Below, piece by piece: positions 1-14,929 of a DNA stretch of 64,000 nucleotides (the first letter of the stretch is position 1; each line of letters begins with the position of its first letter). The DNA is from an uncultured Candidatus Rokubacteria bacterium (GTDB lineage Bacteria; Methylomirabilota; Methylomirabilia; Rokubacteriales; CSP1-6). The stretch spans positions 544,001 through 608,000 of the forward strand of contig CAVWWD010000005.1 in assembly GCA_963758635.1 (NCBI GenBank), read 5' to 3'. The notes beneath the pieces were generated by a model. That model did no database searches. It was not told the origin of the DNA and saw nothing but the letters and a program-made list of their open reading frames with translations. The position numbers and the translations under genes are program-made.

Positions 1-236
1 ACGAGCACCAGGAGCGGCTTGGACTCCGGCCGGCCCTTCACCTCGAAGACACGCGCCACCGCGTCGGGCGCCAGCGCCGCCGTCCCGAGGCCGTAGAAGC
101 TCTCGGTGGGAAAGGCCACGAGCCCGCCGCCGCGGAGCACGGATGCGGCCTCGGCGAGCGCGCCCGGGTCCGGCCGTGCCGCGTCCACCACGAGCGTGCG
201 CGTGGGGACGGCCGGGAACGCGCGCGCGCGGCTCAT
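1..236 (-). CDS. tsaC: L-threonylcarbamoyladenylate synthase (Sua5/YrdC/TsaC), 5' part; runs off the window start
   Basis: Manual translation from ATG 236 gives MSRARAF...LRGGGLVAFPTESFYGLG...VFEVKGRP...KPLLVLV, the N-terminal YrdC motif; ATGA overlap with the purD stop. Confidence 0.9.
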   Translation of the reverse strand, partial: MSRARAFPAVPTRTLVVDAARPDPGALAEAASVLRGGGLVAFPTESFYGLGTAALAPDAVARVFEVKGRPESKPLLVL

Positions 237-1510
237 CCCGTGCGGGCGAGGGCGCGGGCCCCGATGTCACGGCGGTAGTGGACGCCCTCGAAGCGGACGC
301 GGCGCGCCGCCGCATAGGCGCGCTCGACCGCGGTCGCGATGTCCGTCCCGAGCGCCTGGACGGCGAGGACGCGGCCGCCGGCGGTGACGAGGCGGCCGTC
401 CTTGATGGCCGTGCCCGCGTGGAAGACGTTGGCGTCGGGAAGGCTCCCCTGCCCGTCCAGGCCCTCGATGGGGATGCCGGTCCGATAGGGGCCGGGATAG
501 CCGCCCGAGGCGAGGACAACGCAAGCCGACGCGTCCGGGCTCCAGGCGAGCGTCGCGGGGAGCCGTTCCCCGTGCGCCACCGCGGCGAGCATGGGAAGGA
601 GATCCTGGTCCAGGCGCGGCATGATGGCCTGGCACTCGGGGTCGCCGAAGCGGCAGTTGAACTCCACGACGCGCGGCCCCTTCGCACCGAGCATGAGGCC
701 CACGAACAGGAAGCCCGCGTAGGGCGCGCCCTCCGCGGCCATCGCGGCCAGGACCGGCCGCACGATCTCCGCCATGATCCGCTCGGTGGTGTCGGGGTCG
801 ACCACCGGCGCCGGCGAGTACGCCCCCATCCCGCCGGTGTTCGGGCCCTGGTCTCCGTCGAAGACGGTCTTGTGGTCCTGGGCGGTGGCGAGCGGGAGGA
901 CCGATCGACCGTCGGCGATCACGAAGAAGGACGCCTCCTCCCCCTCCATGAACTCCTCGACGACGACCGCCGTTCCGGAGACCCCGAAGGCCCGCTCCTC
1001 GAGGCAGAGCGCGAGGGCCCGGTCGGCCTCCTCGATCGTCCGGCACACGATGGCGCCCTTCCCGGCCGCGAGACCGTCAGCCTTGACGACGAGGGGGGCG
1101 CCCAGCTCCCGACAGAACGCGCGAGCCGGCGCGGCCTCCGTGAACGTGCGGAAGCTCGCGGTCGGGATCCGGTGGCGGGCCATCAGGTCCTTGGCGAAGA
1201 CCTTGGAGGACTCGATGCGCGCGGCCGCCGCGCCGGGCCCGAACACCGCGCCGCCGGCGGCGCGGAGGCGATCGGCAAGCCCGAGGGCCAGCGGCACCTC
1301 CGGTCCCACCACGGTGAGGTCGATCCGCTCCTCGCGCGCGAGGCGGACGAGGTCGTCGAGCGCGTCGTCCCGCACGGGCACGCAGCGCGCGTGGCGCGCG
1401 ATGCCCGGATTGCCGGGGGCCGCGACGAGCTCGGTGAGCTCGGGACTCTGCGCGATCTTCCAGGCGAGCGCGTGCTCCCGGCCCCCGCCGCCCACCAGCA
1501 ACACCCTCAT
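233..1510 (-). CDS. purD: Phosphoribosylamine--glycine ligase
   Basis: MRVLLVGGGGREHAL, KADGLAAGKG, QDHK...GPNTGGMG, EFNCRFGDPE; true start ATG 1510 inside ORF 233..2047. Confidence 0.97.
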   Translation of the reverse strand: MRVLLVGGGGREHALAWKIAQSPELTELVAAPGNPGIARHARCVPVRDDALDDLVRLAREERIDLTVVGPEVPLALGLADRLRAAGGAVFGPGAAAARIESSKVFAKDLMARHRIPTASFRTFTEAAPARAFCRELGAPLVVKADGLAAGKGAIVCRTIEEADRALALCLEERAFGVSGTAVVVEEFMEGEEASFFVIADGRSVLPLATAQDHKTVFDGDQGPNTGGMGAYSPAPVVDPDTTERIMAEIVRPVLAAMAAEGAPYAGFLFVGLMLGAKGPRVVEFNCRFGDPECQAIMPRLDQDLLPMLAAVAHGERLPATLAWSPDASACVVLASGGYPGPYRTGIPIEGLDGQGSLPDANVFHAGTAIKDGRLVTAGGRVLAVQALGTDIATAVERAYAAARRVRFEGVHYRRDIGARALARTG

Positions 1511-2420
1511 CGCGGGCGTCTCCGCGGGGGTGGGGGCGGGCCCTCGCCTTCGGTCTCGGTGGCTTCCAGGTGCGAGCGGGCGATCTGGGCCCAGGGGCTC
1601 CCGAGGTCCAGCTCGAGGTACCGTCGCCAGTGGAGCGAGGCGCTGTCGTTGCGCCCGAGCTTGCCGAGGACGCCGGCCAGGTTGAAATGGGCGTCGGCGT
1701 AGTCGGGGTCGATCTCGAGGGCCCGGCGGTACCAGCCGACCGCGGCGGCAAGGTCGCCGAGGTCCTCGGAGAGCGATCCCAGGTTGAACGCGGCCTGCGG
1801 GCACGTCTGGTCGGCGTCGAGCCCGGCGCGGTAGCACGTTCGCGCCCGCTCGTAGTGGCCCATTCGGTGCTGGAGCAGGCCGAGGTTGTTCCACGCCGCC
1901 GCGTACCCGGGATCGATGGCCAGCACGCGCTCGTACGCCTCCACCGCCGACTCCCAGCGCTCGGGGTCGCCGTCCCACTCGGACGCGCGGGCAAACCACA
2001 CCTCGGCCGCGTCGCTGGGCGGGATCATCGGGCGCACGCGCCCCCACGCGAGGGACTCGCGGGCCTCGCGCTCGAGCTCGATGCCCGGGAAGTCCAGGAG
2101 GGCCTGGCCGGTGCGCACGTCGAAGCGCCGCCGGTCCTGCTCCACCACGATGCGCGCGCCGTCGACCGACAGGCGGAGCTCGGCGAGCGGGCTGTCCGAG
2201 CCGGGGGCGAGCCGGCGGGCGCCCTCGAGCGCCTCGCGGACGCGCCGCACGGTGGCGCCCTCGTGGAGGAGCTGCGCGGCCACCCGCGCGGCGACGAGGT
2301 CGCGGAAGCGATAGCCCGTCGCCTCGTCCCGGAGCAGGCCGATCCGCCGGAGCTGCGACGAGCGCTTCGGGGTCAGGCGGAGGAGCCGGGTCAGCTCCCT
2401 GAGCGAGAACACGCGCTCCA

Positions 2421-2421
<1 letters not shown>
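1507..2421 (-). CDS. MerR-like HTH N-terminus fused to TPR repeats
   Basis: C-terminal part of ORF 1507..3996 from MERVFSLRELTRLL...GYRFRDLVAAR; TPRs (AAWNNLG, AAFNLG, AHFNLAG); overlaps the purH stop (TGATG) and the purD start (ATGA). Confidence 0.75.
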
Positions 2422-3985
<1,564 letters not shown>

Positions 3986-3996
<11 letters not shown>

Positions 3997-4044
3997 GGCT
4001 GCTCCTCGCGCGGGACCCGCCGGATCTTCATGGCTGCTCCTCGC
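3986..4044. repeat. 24-bp exact direct repeat CGGATCTTCATGGCTGCTCCTCGC (3986-4009 and 4021-4044) duplicating the purN-stop/purH-start junction
   Basis: Read directly from the sequence; period 35 bp. Confidence 0.95.
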
Positions 4045-4660
4045 CGGCGACCACGCGGCCTCCCTCGACGCGGAGGCGTCCCTCGGCGAAGAGCCGCACC
4101 GCCTCCGGGTAGATCCGATGCTCCTCGGCCAGGATGCGCGCGGCGAGGCTCTCCTCGGTGTCGCCGGCGGCGACGGGGACCGCGGCCTGGAGCGCGATCG
4201 GCCCGGTGTCCACGCCCTCGTCGACGAAGTGCACGGTGGCTCCCGAGACCTTCACGCCGTGCTGGAGCGCCTGGCGCTGGGCGGAGAGGCCCGGGAACGC
4301 CGGCAGGAGCGACGGGTGCACGTTGAGGAGCCGCCCCGCGAAGTGCGCCACGAACGTCGCGCCCAGGATGCGCATGAAGCCGGCGAGGCAGACGAGCCCG
4401 ACCTCGCGGGCGTCCAGCGCGGCGATCAGCGCCTTGTCGTAGGCCTCGCGGGTCGGGTGCTCGGCCGGCTCCAGCACGACGGTCTCGATCCGGTGCGCGC
4501 GGGCGATGTCGAGGGCCGCCGCCCCCCGCCGGTCCGAGACCAGCAGGGCGACGACGGCGGGGATCCGGCCGGCCTCGACCGCCTCCACGATGGCGCGGAA
4601 GTTGGAGCCGCGGCCGGACGCGAGCACGCCGATGCGGAGCGCGACCGCGGACCTAGGCAC
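4028..4660 (-). CDS. purN: Phosphoribosylglycinamide formyltransferase
   Basis: LASGRGSNF, LAGFMRIL, NVHPSLLP, GATVHFVDEGVDTGP. Confidence 0.96.
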   Translation of the reverse strand: MPRSAVALRIGVLASGRGSNFRAIVEAVEAGRIPAVVALLVSDRRGAAALDIARAHRIETVVLEPAEHPTREAYDKALIAALDAREVGLVCLAGFMRILGATFVAHFAGRLLNVHPSLLPAFPGLSAQRQALQHGVKVSGATVHFVDEGVDTGPIALQAAVPVAAGDTEESLAARILAEEHRIYPEAVRLFAEGRLRVEGGRVVAGEEQP

Positions 4661-4732
4661 GCCAGGTCTCCCGGGTGGCGGGGTGGAGCGCCTCGAGGCG
4701 TCGATCGGGAGGCTTGGTGGTGGACGCCGTCC

Positions 4733-6166
4733 TCATGGATCGAACAGCCGGAGCTGCGACTGCTCCCCGGTGTCGAACCCCACCTTGTACTGGCCGCTGA
4801 AGCAGGCGTGGCAGAACTGGTTGGGATCGTTGCCTGTCGCCTTGAGCGTGCCCTCGAGCGAGAGGTATCCCAGCGTGTCCGCGCCCAGGTAGCGACGGAT
4901 CTCGCTCACGTCGTGGCTAGAGCCGATCAGCTCCTTGCGCGTGGGCGTGTCGATCCCGTAGTAGCAGGGCCACTGGATGGGCGGTGACGAGATGCGCACG
5001 TGCACCTCGGTGGCCCCGGAGGCGCGGATCATCTTGACGATCTTGCGGCTGGTCGTGCCCCGCACGATGGAGTCGTCGACCACGACCACCCGGCGCCCCG
5101 CGAGGACCTCGCGGTTCGGGTTGAGCTTCACCTTCACGCCGAAGTGCCGGATGCCGTGGCTGGGCTCGATGAAGGTGCGCCCGACGTAGTGGTTGCGCAC
5201 CAGCCCCGAGTCGTAGGGAATGCCCGACTCCTCGGAGTACCCGAGCGCGGCGCCGACCCCGGAGTCCGGCACGGCGATGACCAGGTCGGCCTCGACGGGG
5301 TGCTCGCGGGCGAGCTGATGGCCGAAGGCCTTGCGGACGGTGTGCACGTTCCGGCCCCACAGCACCGAGTCGGGCCGCGCGAAGTAGATGTACTCGAACA
5401 CGCACTGCAGGCGCTCCTGCGGGCGGAACGGCCGGTAGCTCGCGACCCCGGTGTCGTCGATGACGACCATCTCGCCCGGCTCCACGTCGCGGACGAACTC
5501 CGCCTCGAGGAGGTCCAGCGCGCACGTCTCGGAGGCGAGGATCCAGCCGTCGCCGAGCCGGCCGAGCGACAGCGGGCGGAAGCCCGACGGGTCGCGGAGG
5601 CCCACCATGCACGTGGGGGTGAGGAGCAGGAGGGTGTAGGCGCCCTTCACGTGGGCGAGCGCCCGCGGGAGCTGCTGGACGAGCGAGGGGCCCTCGGCCC
5701 GCGCGAGGAGGTGCAGGATCACCTCGGTGTCCGACGAGGACTGGAACACGGCGCCGTCGCGCTCGAGGTCCTGGCGGAGCTGCTCGGCGTTGATCAGGTT
5801 GCCGTTGTGCCCGATGGCCACGCTGCCATGACTGGTGTTGGCGCTGATCGGCTGGGCGTTGCGCAGGTTCGAGCTGCCCGCCGTGGAGTAGCGCACGTGG
5901 CCGATGGCGCGCGTGCCCGGCAGCCGCTTGAGCCGCTCGCGGCTGAACACGTCGGCCACCCAGCCCATGGCGCGCTCCACGTGGAAGGCCTGGCCGTCGG
6001 TGACCGCGATGCCCGCCGACTCCTGGCCGCGGTGCTGGAGCGCGTAGAGACCCAGGTACGTGACGTTGGCGGCCTCGGGATGGTTCCAGATCCCGAAGAT
6101 GCCGCACTCGTCATGGAACCTGTCGTCCCGCTCCGAGACGTCCTCGTCAGGCGACCAGTCGCTCAA
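4733..6166 (-). CDS. purF: Amidophosphoribosyltransferase
   Basis: Propeptide then [30 protein letters not shown]; Fe-S cysteines (PCYYG, CHAC). Confidence 0.97.
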   Translation of the reverse strand: MSDWSPDEDVSERDDRFHDECGIFGIWNHPEAANVTYLGLYALQHRGQESAGIAVTDGQAFHVERAMGWVADVFSRERLKRLPGTRAIGHVRYSTAGSSNLRNAQPISANTSHGSVAIGHNGNLINAEQLRQDLERDGAVFQSSSDTEVILHLLARAEGPSLVQQLPRALAHVKGAYTLLLLTPTCMVGLRDPSGFRPLSLGRLGDGWILASETCALDLLEAEFVRDVEPGEMVVIDDTGVASYRPFRPQERLQCVFEYIYFARPDSVLWGRNVHTVRKAFGHQLAREHPVEADLVIAVPDSGVGAALGYSEESGIPYDSGLVRNHYVGRTFIEPSHGIRHFGVKVKLNPNREVLAGRRVVVVDDSIVRGTTSRKIVKMIRASGATEVHVRISSPPIQWPCYYGIDTPTRKELIGSSHDVSEIRRYLGADTLGYLSLEGTLKATGNDPNQFCHACFSGQYKVGFDTGEQSQLRLFDP

Positions 6167-8396
6167 ATCCCGTCCTCCACTCGTGGCCGATCCGCTCGAC
6201 CCGCACGCTCACCACGCGCTCGCCGCCCCGTCGGATCACCAGCTCCTCGCCCCCCACCCGACCGAGCCACCGCCACGGCACCGCGAACTCTCCCATGAGC
6301 CGCTCGAAGTGGCGCTCGCCTTCGGGCGGTACCGACACCACCACCCGCGAGGGGCCCTCGCCGTAGAGCGCCAGCGCGATCGCCGCCGCGTCCACCGGCA
6401 GGTCCACCTCCGCGCCCACCGGCGCGGGCCCGCTGACGCAGCACTCCGCGAGCGTCACCGCGAGGCCACCCTCCGCGCAGTCGTGCGCGGAGCGCACCAG
6501 CCGCGCGCCGATGGCCGCGCGGCACGCCCCCTGGACTGCGCGCTCCACGGCCAGATCGAGCGGGGCGAGGCGGCCCGCCAGGGTCCGGTGGAGCGTCCAG
6601 AGGTACTCGGAGCCTCCGAGGCTCACCGCGTCGGGGCCCACGAGGGCCACCCGATCGCCCGGCTCCTTGAACCACTGGGTGGCCCGGAGGTCGGCGTCCT
6701 CGATGAGCCCGGCCATCCCGATCACCGGGGTGGGCAGGATGGCGCGGCCGAGGGTCTCATTGTAAAAGGACACGTTGCCGCCGACCACCGGGATCGACAG
6801 GGCCTGGCACGCCTCCGCGATGCCGTCGATCGCCTCGCTGAACTGCCAGAGGATCTCCGGCCGCTCGGGCGACCCGAAGTTCAGGCAGTCGGTGAGGCCG
6901 AGGGGTCGCGCGCCGGTGACGGCCAGGTTGCGCGCGGCCTCCGCCACCGCCATCGCCGCCCCCGCCCGGGGGTCCAGGGAGACGAAGCGGGCGTTGCAGT
7001 CGGTGGTGAGCGCCACCGCCTTCGTGGTGCCCTTGATGCGGATCACGCCAGCGTCGGAGCCGGGCAGCACGAGGCTGTTGATGCCGACCTGCTGGTCGTA
7101 CTGCCGGTACACCCACTCCTTGGAGGCGATCCCCGGTGCGCCGACCAGGGCGAGGAGCGCGGCCTCGGGGTCGGGCCCCGGGGGCAGCGAGAGCGGGTCG
7201 AAGGCGAGCAGGTCGTCCTGGCCGGCCGGGCGCGCGCGGGGCTTGTCGTACACGGGCGCCTCGTCGGCGAGCGCGCGCACCGGCACCTCGGCGACGACCT
7301 CGCCGCGCATCCGCACCTTCAGGACTCCGTCGCCGGTGACCGTGCCGATCTCGACGGCGTCGAGGTCCCACTTCGCGAACACGGCGCGGATCTCGCCCTC
7401 CCGGCCCCGTGCCGCCACCAGGAGCATCCGCTCCTGGGACTCGGAGAGCATGATCTCGTACGGCGTCATGCCGGTCTCGCGCTGGGGCACGCGGGAGAGC
7501 TCGACCTCCATGCCCGTGCCCGCCCGGGCCGGCATCTCGGAGCACGCGCAGGCCAGGCCCGCGGCGCCCATGTCCTGGATGCCGACGACGGCGCCGCTGC
7601 CCATGGCCTCGAGGCACGCCTCGAGCAGGAGCTTCTCCGTGAAGGGGTCCCCCACCTGGACGGTGGGCCGCCGCGCCTCCGCGCCCTCGTCGAAGCCGGC
7701 CGAGGCCATGGCCGCGCCGTGGATGCCGTCACGGCCGGTCTTGGCCCCCACGTAGAACACCGGGTTGCCGACGCCGTCGGCGCGGGCCCGGTAGATGGCC
7801 GTGTGCGGAACGAGCCCGACGGCCATGGCGTTGACGAGGGGATTGCCCGCGTACTCAGGGGCGACGTTCACCTCGCCACCCAGGTTGGGCACGCCGAAGC
7901 AGTTGCCGTACCAGCTGATGCCCGACACGACCCCGTCGATGATCCGGCGCGTGGCCGGCTCGGCTCGATCGCCGAAGCGCAGGGAGTCGAGGATCGCCAC
8001 CGGGCGCGCGCCCATCGTGAAGATGTCGCGGAGGATCCCGCCGACCCCCGTCGCCGCGCCCTGGAACGGCTCGATGAAGCTCGGGTGGTTGTGGCTCTCG
8101 ATCTTGAACGTCAGAGCGAGACCGTCACCGAGGTCGACGATGCCCGCGTTCTCCCCGGGTCCCTGGAGGACGTGGGGGGCCTGGGTGGGGAGCCGCCGGA
8201 GGAAGATCCGGGAGTGCTTGTACGCGCAGTGCTCGGACCAGAGGGCCGAGAAGAGGCCCAACTCGGTGAAGGTCGGCTCGCGATCGAGCCGCCGGATGAT
8301 GCGATCGTATTCTTCGGCCGTAAGGCCGTGAGCGAGAGCCAGATCCTGCGTGACCTTCGGCTCGCCCCTGCCACTCCGCCCCCTAACGTGACCCAC
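6147..8396 (-). CDS. purL: FGAM synthase subunit PurL (small type)
   Basis: [47 protein letters not shown]. Confidence 0.97.
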   Translation of the reverse strand: MGHVRGRSGRGEPKVTQDLALAHGLTAEEYDRIIRRLDREPTFTELGLFSALWSEHCAYKHSRIFLRRLPTQAPHVLQGPGENAGIVDLGDGLALTFKIESHNHPSFIEPFQGAATGVGGILRDIFTMGARPVAILDSLRFGDRAEPATRRIIDGVVSGISWYGNCFGVPNLGGEVNVAPEYAGNPLVNAMAVGLVPHTAIYRARADGVGNPVFYVGAKTGRDGIHGAAMASAGFDEGAEARRPTVQVGDPFTEKLLLEACLEAMGSGAVVGIQDMGAAGLACACSEMPARAGTGMEVELSRVPQRETGMTPYEIMLSESQERMLLVAARGREGEIRAVFAKWDLDAVEIGTVTGDGVLKVRMRGEVVAEVPVRALADEAPVYDKPRARPAGQDDLLAFDPLSLPPGPDPEAALLALVGAPGIASKEWVYRQYDQQVGINSLVLPGSDAGVIRIKGTTKAVALTTDCNARFVSLDPRAGAAMAVAEAARNLAVTGARPLGLTDCLNFGSPERPEILWQFSEAIDGIAEACQALSIPVVGGNVSFYNETLGRAILPTPVIGMAGLIEDADLRATQWFKEPGDRVALVGPDAVSLGGSEYLWTLHRTLAGRLAPLDLAVERAVQGACRAAIGARLVRSAHDCAEGGLAVTLAECCVSGPAPVGAEVDLPVDAAAIALALYGEGPSRVVVSVPPEGERHFERLMGEFAVPWRWLGRVGGEELVIRRGGERVVSVRVERIGHEWRTGFERLVA

Positions 8397-8512
8397 GCAT
8401 GAACAGGCTCACCGGACCCATGGTCTGCTCAGGGTCCACCGTCGTCCTGCACGAATGCCCCCGCCGCCGACCGACACCCGGAGGGGCCCATGCCCCACCG
8501 CCCCCCGCCGCT

Positions 8513-9226
8513 TCACCGCTTGAGGAACGTACCGTCCTCGACCAGGCTTCCCAGGAAGGCCTGGAAGATCAGGAGGCCGTCGGTGCCGCCCATCGCCGCC
8601 TCCGCCGCGCGCTCCGGATGGGGCATGAGGCCCAGCACCGTCCCCGCCTCGTTGACGATACCGGCGATGTTGTCGAGGGAGCCGTTCGGGTTCGCCTCCT
8701 TCGTGGCGCGGCCGTCCTCCGCGCAGTAGCGGAAGACGATCTGGCGCCTGTCGCGAAGGCTCTGGAGGGTGGCGTGGTCGGCGAAGAACTTCCCCTCACC
8801 GTGCGAGATGGGCATCTTCAGCACCTGGCCCGGCCGCATCCCGCGCGTGAAGGGGGTCTCGACGTTCTCCACGCGGAGGAACGTGGACTGGCACCGGTAC
8901 TGGAGGCACTCGTTGCGCATGAGGGTGCCGGGCAGGAGCTTGGACTCGCAGAGGATCTGGAATCCGTTGCAGGAGCCGAGGACGAGGCCGCCGCGATCGA
9001 GGAATTCCGGCAGCGCCTCCACCACCGGCGAGCGGCCCGCGATGGCCCCCGCGCGCAGGTAGTCGCCGTAGGAGAAGCCGCCGGGAAGGACGATGCAGTC
9101 GATGTCCGACAGATCCGACTCGCGATGCCAGACATACTTGACGGGCTGCCGCAGCACTTCAGAGATGACGTGGTGGAAATCGCAATCGCTCCACGTGCCC
9201 GGGAACACCACGACACCGAATCTCAT
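8513..9226 (-). CDS. purQ: FGAM synthase glutaminase subunit
   Basis: VVFPG, PGGFSYGDYLR, CNGFQIL, NPNGS, GLMPHPER. Confidence 0.97.
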   Translation of the reverse strand: MRFGVVVFPGTWSDCDFHHVISEVLRQPVKYVWHRESDLSDIDCIVLPGGFSYGDYLRAGAIAGRSPVVEALPEFLDRGGLVLGSCNGFQILCESKLLPGTLMRNECLQYRCQSTFLRVENVETPFTRGMRPGQVLKMPISHGEGKFFADHATLQSLRDRRQIVFRYCAEDGRATKEANPNGSLDNIAGIVNEAGTVLGLMPHPERAAEAAMGGTDGLLIFQAFLGSLVEDGTFLKR

Positions 9227-9306
9227 GGAGTGGATCGAGCCCTCCTTTCGCTCACGGCTTCCTCACTCTACCTTCTCGCCCGATCCACCGCAAGAGCCGT
9301 GGCGCG

Positions 9307-9585
9307 TCAGGACGCTCGTCCTCGCGGAGTCGTCGCCGGCGAGAGGATCTCCACCGTGAAGTCCTCGGTCACCGGGTTGGCGAGGAGCCGGGCGCACATC
9401 TCCTCGACGCGGCGGCGCGCCGTCTCCGGGGTGTCGCCGTCCACCTCGACCTCCACCACCTTGCCGACGCGCACCTCGCGGATGCCGGGAAACCCGAGGC
9501 CGCCCAGCGCGCGCTGCACCGTCGCGCCCTGCACGTCGAGAATCCCCTCCTTGAGGCGCACGAGGACTCGCGCCTTGTGGGTCAT
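9307..9585 (-). CDS. purS: FGAM synthase subunit PurS
   Basis: LKEGILDVQG, VRVGK, LLANPV; lies next to purQ. Confidence 0.93.
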   Translation of the reverse strand: MTHKARVLVRLKEGILDVQGATVQRALGGLGFPGIREVRVGKVVEVEVDGDTPETARRRVEEMCARLLANPVTEDFTVEILSPATTPRGRAS

Positions 9586-9600
9586 CGCTCCCCCGGACCG

Positions 9601-10896
9601 TCAACCGAGTCCGACCCGCTTGTAGATGGCGTCGACGTTCCGCACGTACCAGGCGGCGTCGAAGCACTCGTCGAGCGCGGCGTCGCCCAGCCGGGCCCGC
9701 ACGTCGGGGTCGGCGGAGAGCAGGTCGCGAAAGGCCGTCCGCTCGCGCCACGCGCGCATGGCGTTCTTCTGGACCAGCTCGTACGCCTCCTGCCGCGGCA
9801 GGCCCGACTCCGTGAGCTTGAGGAGCACCCGCTGCGAGAACATGAGCCCGTAGCTCCGCTCCATGTTCTCGCGCATGCGCTCCGGGTACACGCGGAGGCC
9901 CTGCACGAGCCCGGTCATCCGGTGGAGCATGTAGTCGAGCAGGATGGTCGAGTCGGGCAGGATCACGCGCTCCACCGAGGAGTGGCTGATGTCGCGCTCG
10001 TGCCAGAGGGCCACGTTCTCCAGCGCGGCGAGCGCGTTGGTCCGCACCAGCCGGGCGAGGCCGCTCACGTTCTCCGCGCCGACCGGGTTGCGCTTGTGCG
10101 GCATCGCGCTCGAGCCCTTCTGGCCCTCCTCGAAGGGCTCCTCGGCCTCGAGGATCTCCGTGCGCTGGAGCGATCGGATCTCCACCGCCACCTTCTCGAG
10201 AGAGGCGGCGACGATGGCGAGGGTGGCGCACAGCTCGGCGTGGCGGTCCCGCTGCACGATCTGGCTCGAGACCGGCGCGGGCTCGAGGCCGAGGAGGTGG
10301 CACGCCTCCTCCTCCACGTCCGGATCGATGTGGGCGAAGGTGCCCACCGCGCCCGAGATCTTCCCCACCCGCACCGTCTCGCGCGCCCGGCGCAGCCGCT
10401 CCAGGTTCCGCCCCGCCTCCGCGTACCACAGCGCGGCCTTCAGGCCGAACGTCATGGGCTCGGCGTGGACGCCGTGGCTCCGCCCCACGCACAGGGTGTG
10501 CTTGTGGGCGACGGCGAGCGCGCGCAGCGCGTCGCGGAATCGCTCGAGGTCGCCGAGGAGGATCTCGCACGCCTTCTGGAGCGTGAGGGCGAGCGCGGTG
10601 TCCAGCACGTCCGAGGACGTCATGCCGATGTGCACGAAGCGCGAGTCGGCGCCGATGGACTCCTCGAGGTTCGTCAGGAACGCGATGACGTCGTGCCGGG
10701 TGGTACGCTCGATCTCGTCGATGCGGGCGGGATCCACGCGGGCCCGGGCCTTGATGCGGGCGAGGGCCTCGGCGGGGATGACGCCGCGGCGGGTGTAGAC
10801 CTCGCACACCGCGAGCTCGACGGCGAGCCATGCCTCGTACTTCGCCTCGGCGCCCCAGAGATGGGCCATCGCCGGCCGGCTGTACCGCTCGATCAT
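9601..10896 (-). CDS. purB: Adenylosuccinate lyase
   Basis: MIERYSRP start; RHDVIAF, GRSHGVHAEP, GSSAMPHKRNP; the ORF extension to 11118 is derived from the repeat. Confidence 0.96.
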   Translation of the reverse strand: MIERYSRPAMAHLWGAEAKYEAWLAVELAVCEVYTRRGVIPAEALARIKARARVDPARIDEIERTTRHDVIAFLTNLEESIGADSRFVHIGMTSSDVLDTALALTLQKACEILLGDLERFRDALRALAVAHKHTLCVGRSHGVHAEPMTFGLKAALWYAEAGRNLERLRRARETVRVGKISGAVGTFAHIDPDVEEEACHLLGLEPAPVSSQIVQRDRHAELCATLAIVAASLEKVAVEIRSLQRTEILEAEEPFEEGQKGSSAMPHKRNPVGAENVSGLARLVRTNALAALENVALWHERDISHSSVERVILPDSTILLDYMLHRMTGLVQGLRVYPERMRENMERSYGLMFSQRVLLKLTESGLPRQEAYELVQKNAMRAWRERTAFRDLLSADPDVRARLGDAALDECFDAAWYVRNVDAIYKRVGLG

Positions 10897-10958
10897 CGGA
10901 GACCTTCCGCGCGCGCGCCGGGCCGGCGCGCCGGGCCGCCGCGCGCCGGTTCGCACTA

Positions 10959-11118
10959 ACAAGCCCCGCGCATCAGACTGATGCCGAGCGGTGGGACTGT
11001 AAAGGCCCGTGGCGTTACCGTATTCTGCGAGGGACCCTCGTGAGCCCCGCGCATCCGACACGGCCGAGCGGTGGGACGGGAGAGGCCCGTGGCGGCTACC
11101 GCATGCTGCGAGGATCAT
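10959..11118 (+). repeat. Two tandem copies (10959-11037, 11040-11118) of the ~80-bp inverted-repeat element
   Basis: Both match AGCCCCGCGCATC..GCCGAGCGGTGGGAC..AGGCCCGTGGCG..TACCG..TGCGAGG seen at the other loci. Confidence 0.92.
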
Positions 11119-12392
11119 GAGCGCCGGGCCAGCTCGCGCGGCAGGCTACGCCGGTCCACCGGGCCCAGCGCGAGCAGCGAGAGCTGGTCCTCGTCGAGCA
11201 CCTGCTGGATCAGCGCCTGCACCTCGTCGAGCGGCACCGCGTCGATCACGGCGAGGAGGTCGTCCACCGACTGGAAGGACCCGAACCTGAGCTCCTGCTT
11301 GGCCAGCCGGTTCATGCGGCTCGAGGTGGACTCGAGCGACAGCATGAGGTTGCCCTTCAGGTGGTCCTTGGCCCGGCGGAGCTCCTCGGCGAGCACCCCG
11401 TCCTTCTTGACCGCGCGGATCTCCTTCATCAGGGCCTTCAGGACCTTCGTGAAGTTCCCGGGGTCGGTGCCCGCGTACACGTAGAGCTCGCCCACGTCCC
11501 GGAAGGCCTGGGTGCCCGAGTGCACGGAGTACACGAGCGCCTGGCGCTCGCGGATCTCCTGGAACAGCCGGGAGGACATGCTGCCCCCGAGCACGTCATT
11601 CAGGAGGTAGAGCGCGTAGCGCTGCGGTGACACGTCGGACACGCCGGGGAAGCCCACGACCAGGTGCACCTGCTCGAGCTTCTTCGGCACGAGATGCACG
11701 CCCGGATGCGGCACGGGTGGCACGACCTCGCCCGGGGCCACGCCGGGGCGGGCGAAGCCGTCGAAGCGCTCGCGGAAGAGGTCGACCACGCGCCGGTGCT
11801 CGGCGTGACCGGCCACCGCCACGACGATGCGCGAGGGCACGTACGCCTCCTCGAAGTGTCGGAGGATCGTGTCGCGCTCGAACGCCCGCACCACGTCCCA
11901 CGCGCCGAGGATGGGCCGCCCGAGGGGGTGCTGGCGCCACACCCGCTCGGCGTAGAGGTCGTGGATGAGGTCGTCGGGCGTGTCTTCCACCATCTTGATC
12001 TCCTGGAAGACGACCGACTTCTCCTTCTCCACGTCCTCGGCGGCGAACAGGGGGCGCATCAGGATGTCGGACAGGAGGTCCACGGCGAGCGGGAGGTGCT
12101 CGTCGAGCACCGTCACGTAGAAGCAGGTGTGCTCCTTGGCCGTGAAGGCGTCCATGTGCCCGCCCACCGAGTCGATGGCGCGGGCGATGTCCTCGGCGCT
12201 CCGCGAGGCGGTGCCCTTGAAGACCAGGTGCTCGATGAGGTGGGAGATGCCGCCGCGCTCGAGCGGCTCCATGCGGGAGCCGGTCTCCACCCAGATCCCC
12301 ACCGCCACGGACCGCACGTGATCCATGGCCTCGGTGACGATCCGGATGCCGCTCGGCAGCACCTCCCGGCGGTACTGGGCTTGCTCGCTCAC
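11115..12392 (-). CDS. M16 family zinc peptidase (pitrilysin-like)
   Basis: HLIEH (HxxEH) motif, GGSMSSRLFQEIRE; typical position downstream of pnp. Confidence 0.93.
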   Translation of the reverse strand: MSEQAQYRREVLPSGIRIVTEAMDHVRSVAVGIWVETGSRMEPLERGGISHLIEHLVFKGTASRSAEDIARAIDSVGGHMDAFTAKEHTCFYVTVLDEHLPLAVDLLSDILMRPLFAAEDVEKEKSVVFQEIKMVEDTPDDLIHDLYAERVWRQHPLGRPILGAWDVVRAFERDTILRHFEEAYVPSRIVVAVAGHAEHRRVVDLFRERFDGFARPGVAPGEVVPPVPHPGVHLVPKKLEQVHLVVGFPGVSDVSPQRYALYLLNDVLGGSMSSRLFQEIRERQALVYSVHSGTQAFRDVGELYVYAGTDPGNFTKVLKALMKEIRAVKKDGVLAEELRRAKDHLKGNLMLSLESTSSRMNRLAKQELRFGSFQSVDDLLAVIDAVPLDEVQALIQQVLDEDQLSLLALGPVDRRSLPRELARRS

Positions 12393-12408
12393 CGCGGAGC
12401 TCCGCCTC

Positions 12409-14565
<2,157 letters not shown>

Positions 14566-14659
14566 ACGATGAATCGTCCTCCAGCGTGATGCGATGCGGG
14601 AATGTGTGGTGCCCGGCGCCGCCGGGCCCGGTGGGCGAGGATCGGGAGCGGGGCCCCCG

Positions 14660-14929
14660 TCACCTGCGGATTCCGAGCTTCTCGGTCAATGAGCGGTAGC
14701 GCTCCGTGTCCTTCTTCCGGAGATATTCGAGCAACCCCCGGCGCTTGCCGATGAGCATGAGCAGGCCGCGGCGGGAGTGATGGTCCTTCTGGTGGGTCTT
14801 GAAGTGGTCGGTGAGGCCGTTGATCCGCTCCGAGAGGAGTGCGATCTGGACCTCGGGCGAGCCTGTGTCCCCTTCGTGGACCTTGAACTGCTCGATCAGG
14901 CTCTTCTTCTTCTCGACGGACAGACGCAT
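14660..14929 (-). CDS. rpsO: 30S ribosomal protein S15
   Basis: [22 protein letters not shown]. Confidence 0.98.
   Translation of the reverse strand: MRLSVEKKKSLIEQFKVHEGDTGSPEVQIALLSERINGLTDHFKTHQKDHHSRRGLLMLIGKRRGLLEYLRKKDTERYRSLTEKLGIRR

Noticed and set aside
4661..4732. purM remnant between purF and purN
   Set aside because: Only 72 bp with no recognisable PurM sequence; purM, purC and purE are probably elsewhere in the genome.
10959..11118. Tandem repeats as a CRISPR array
   Set aside because: Only two ~79-bp units separated by 2 bp, no unique spacers, no cas genes, and the other copies are dispersed singly.
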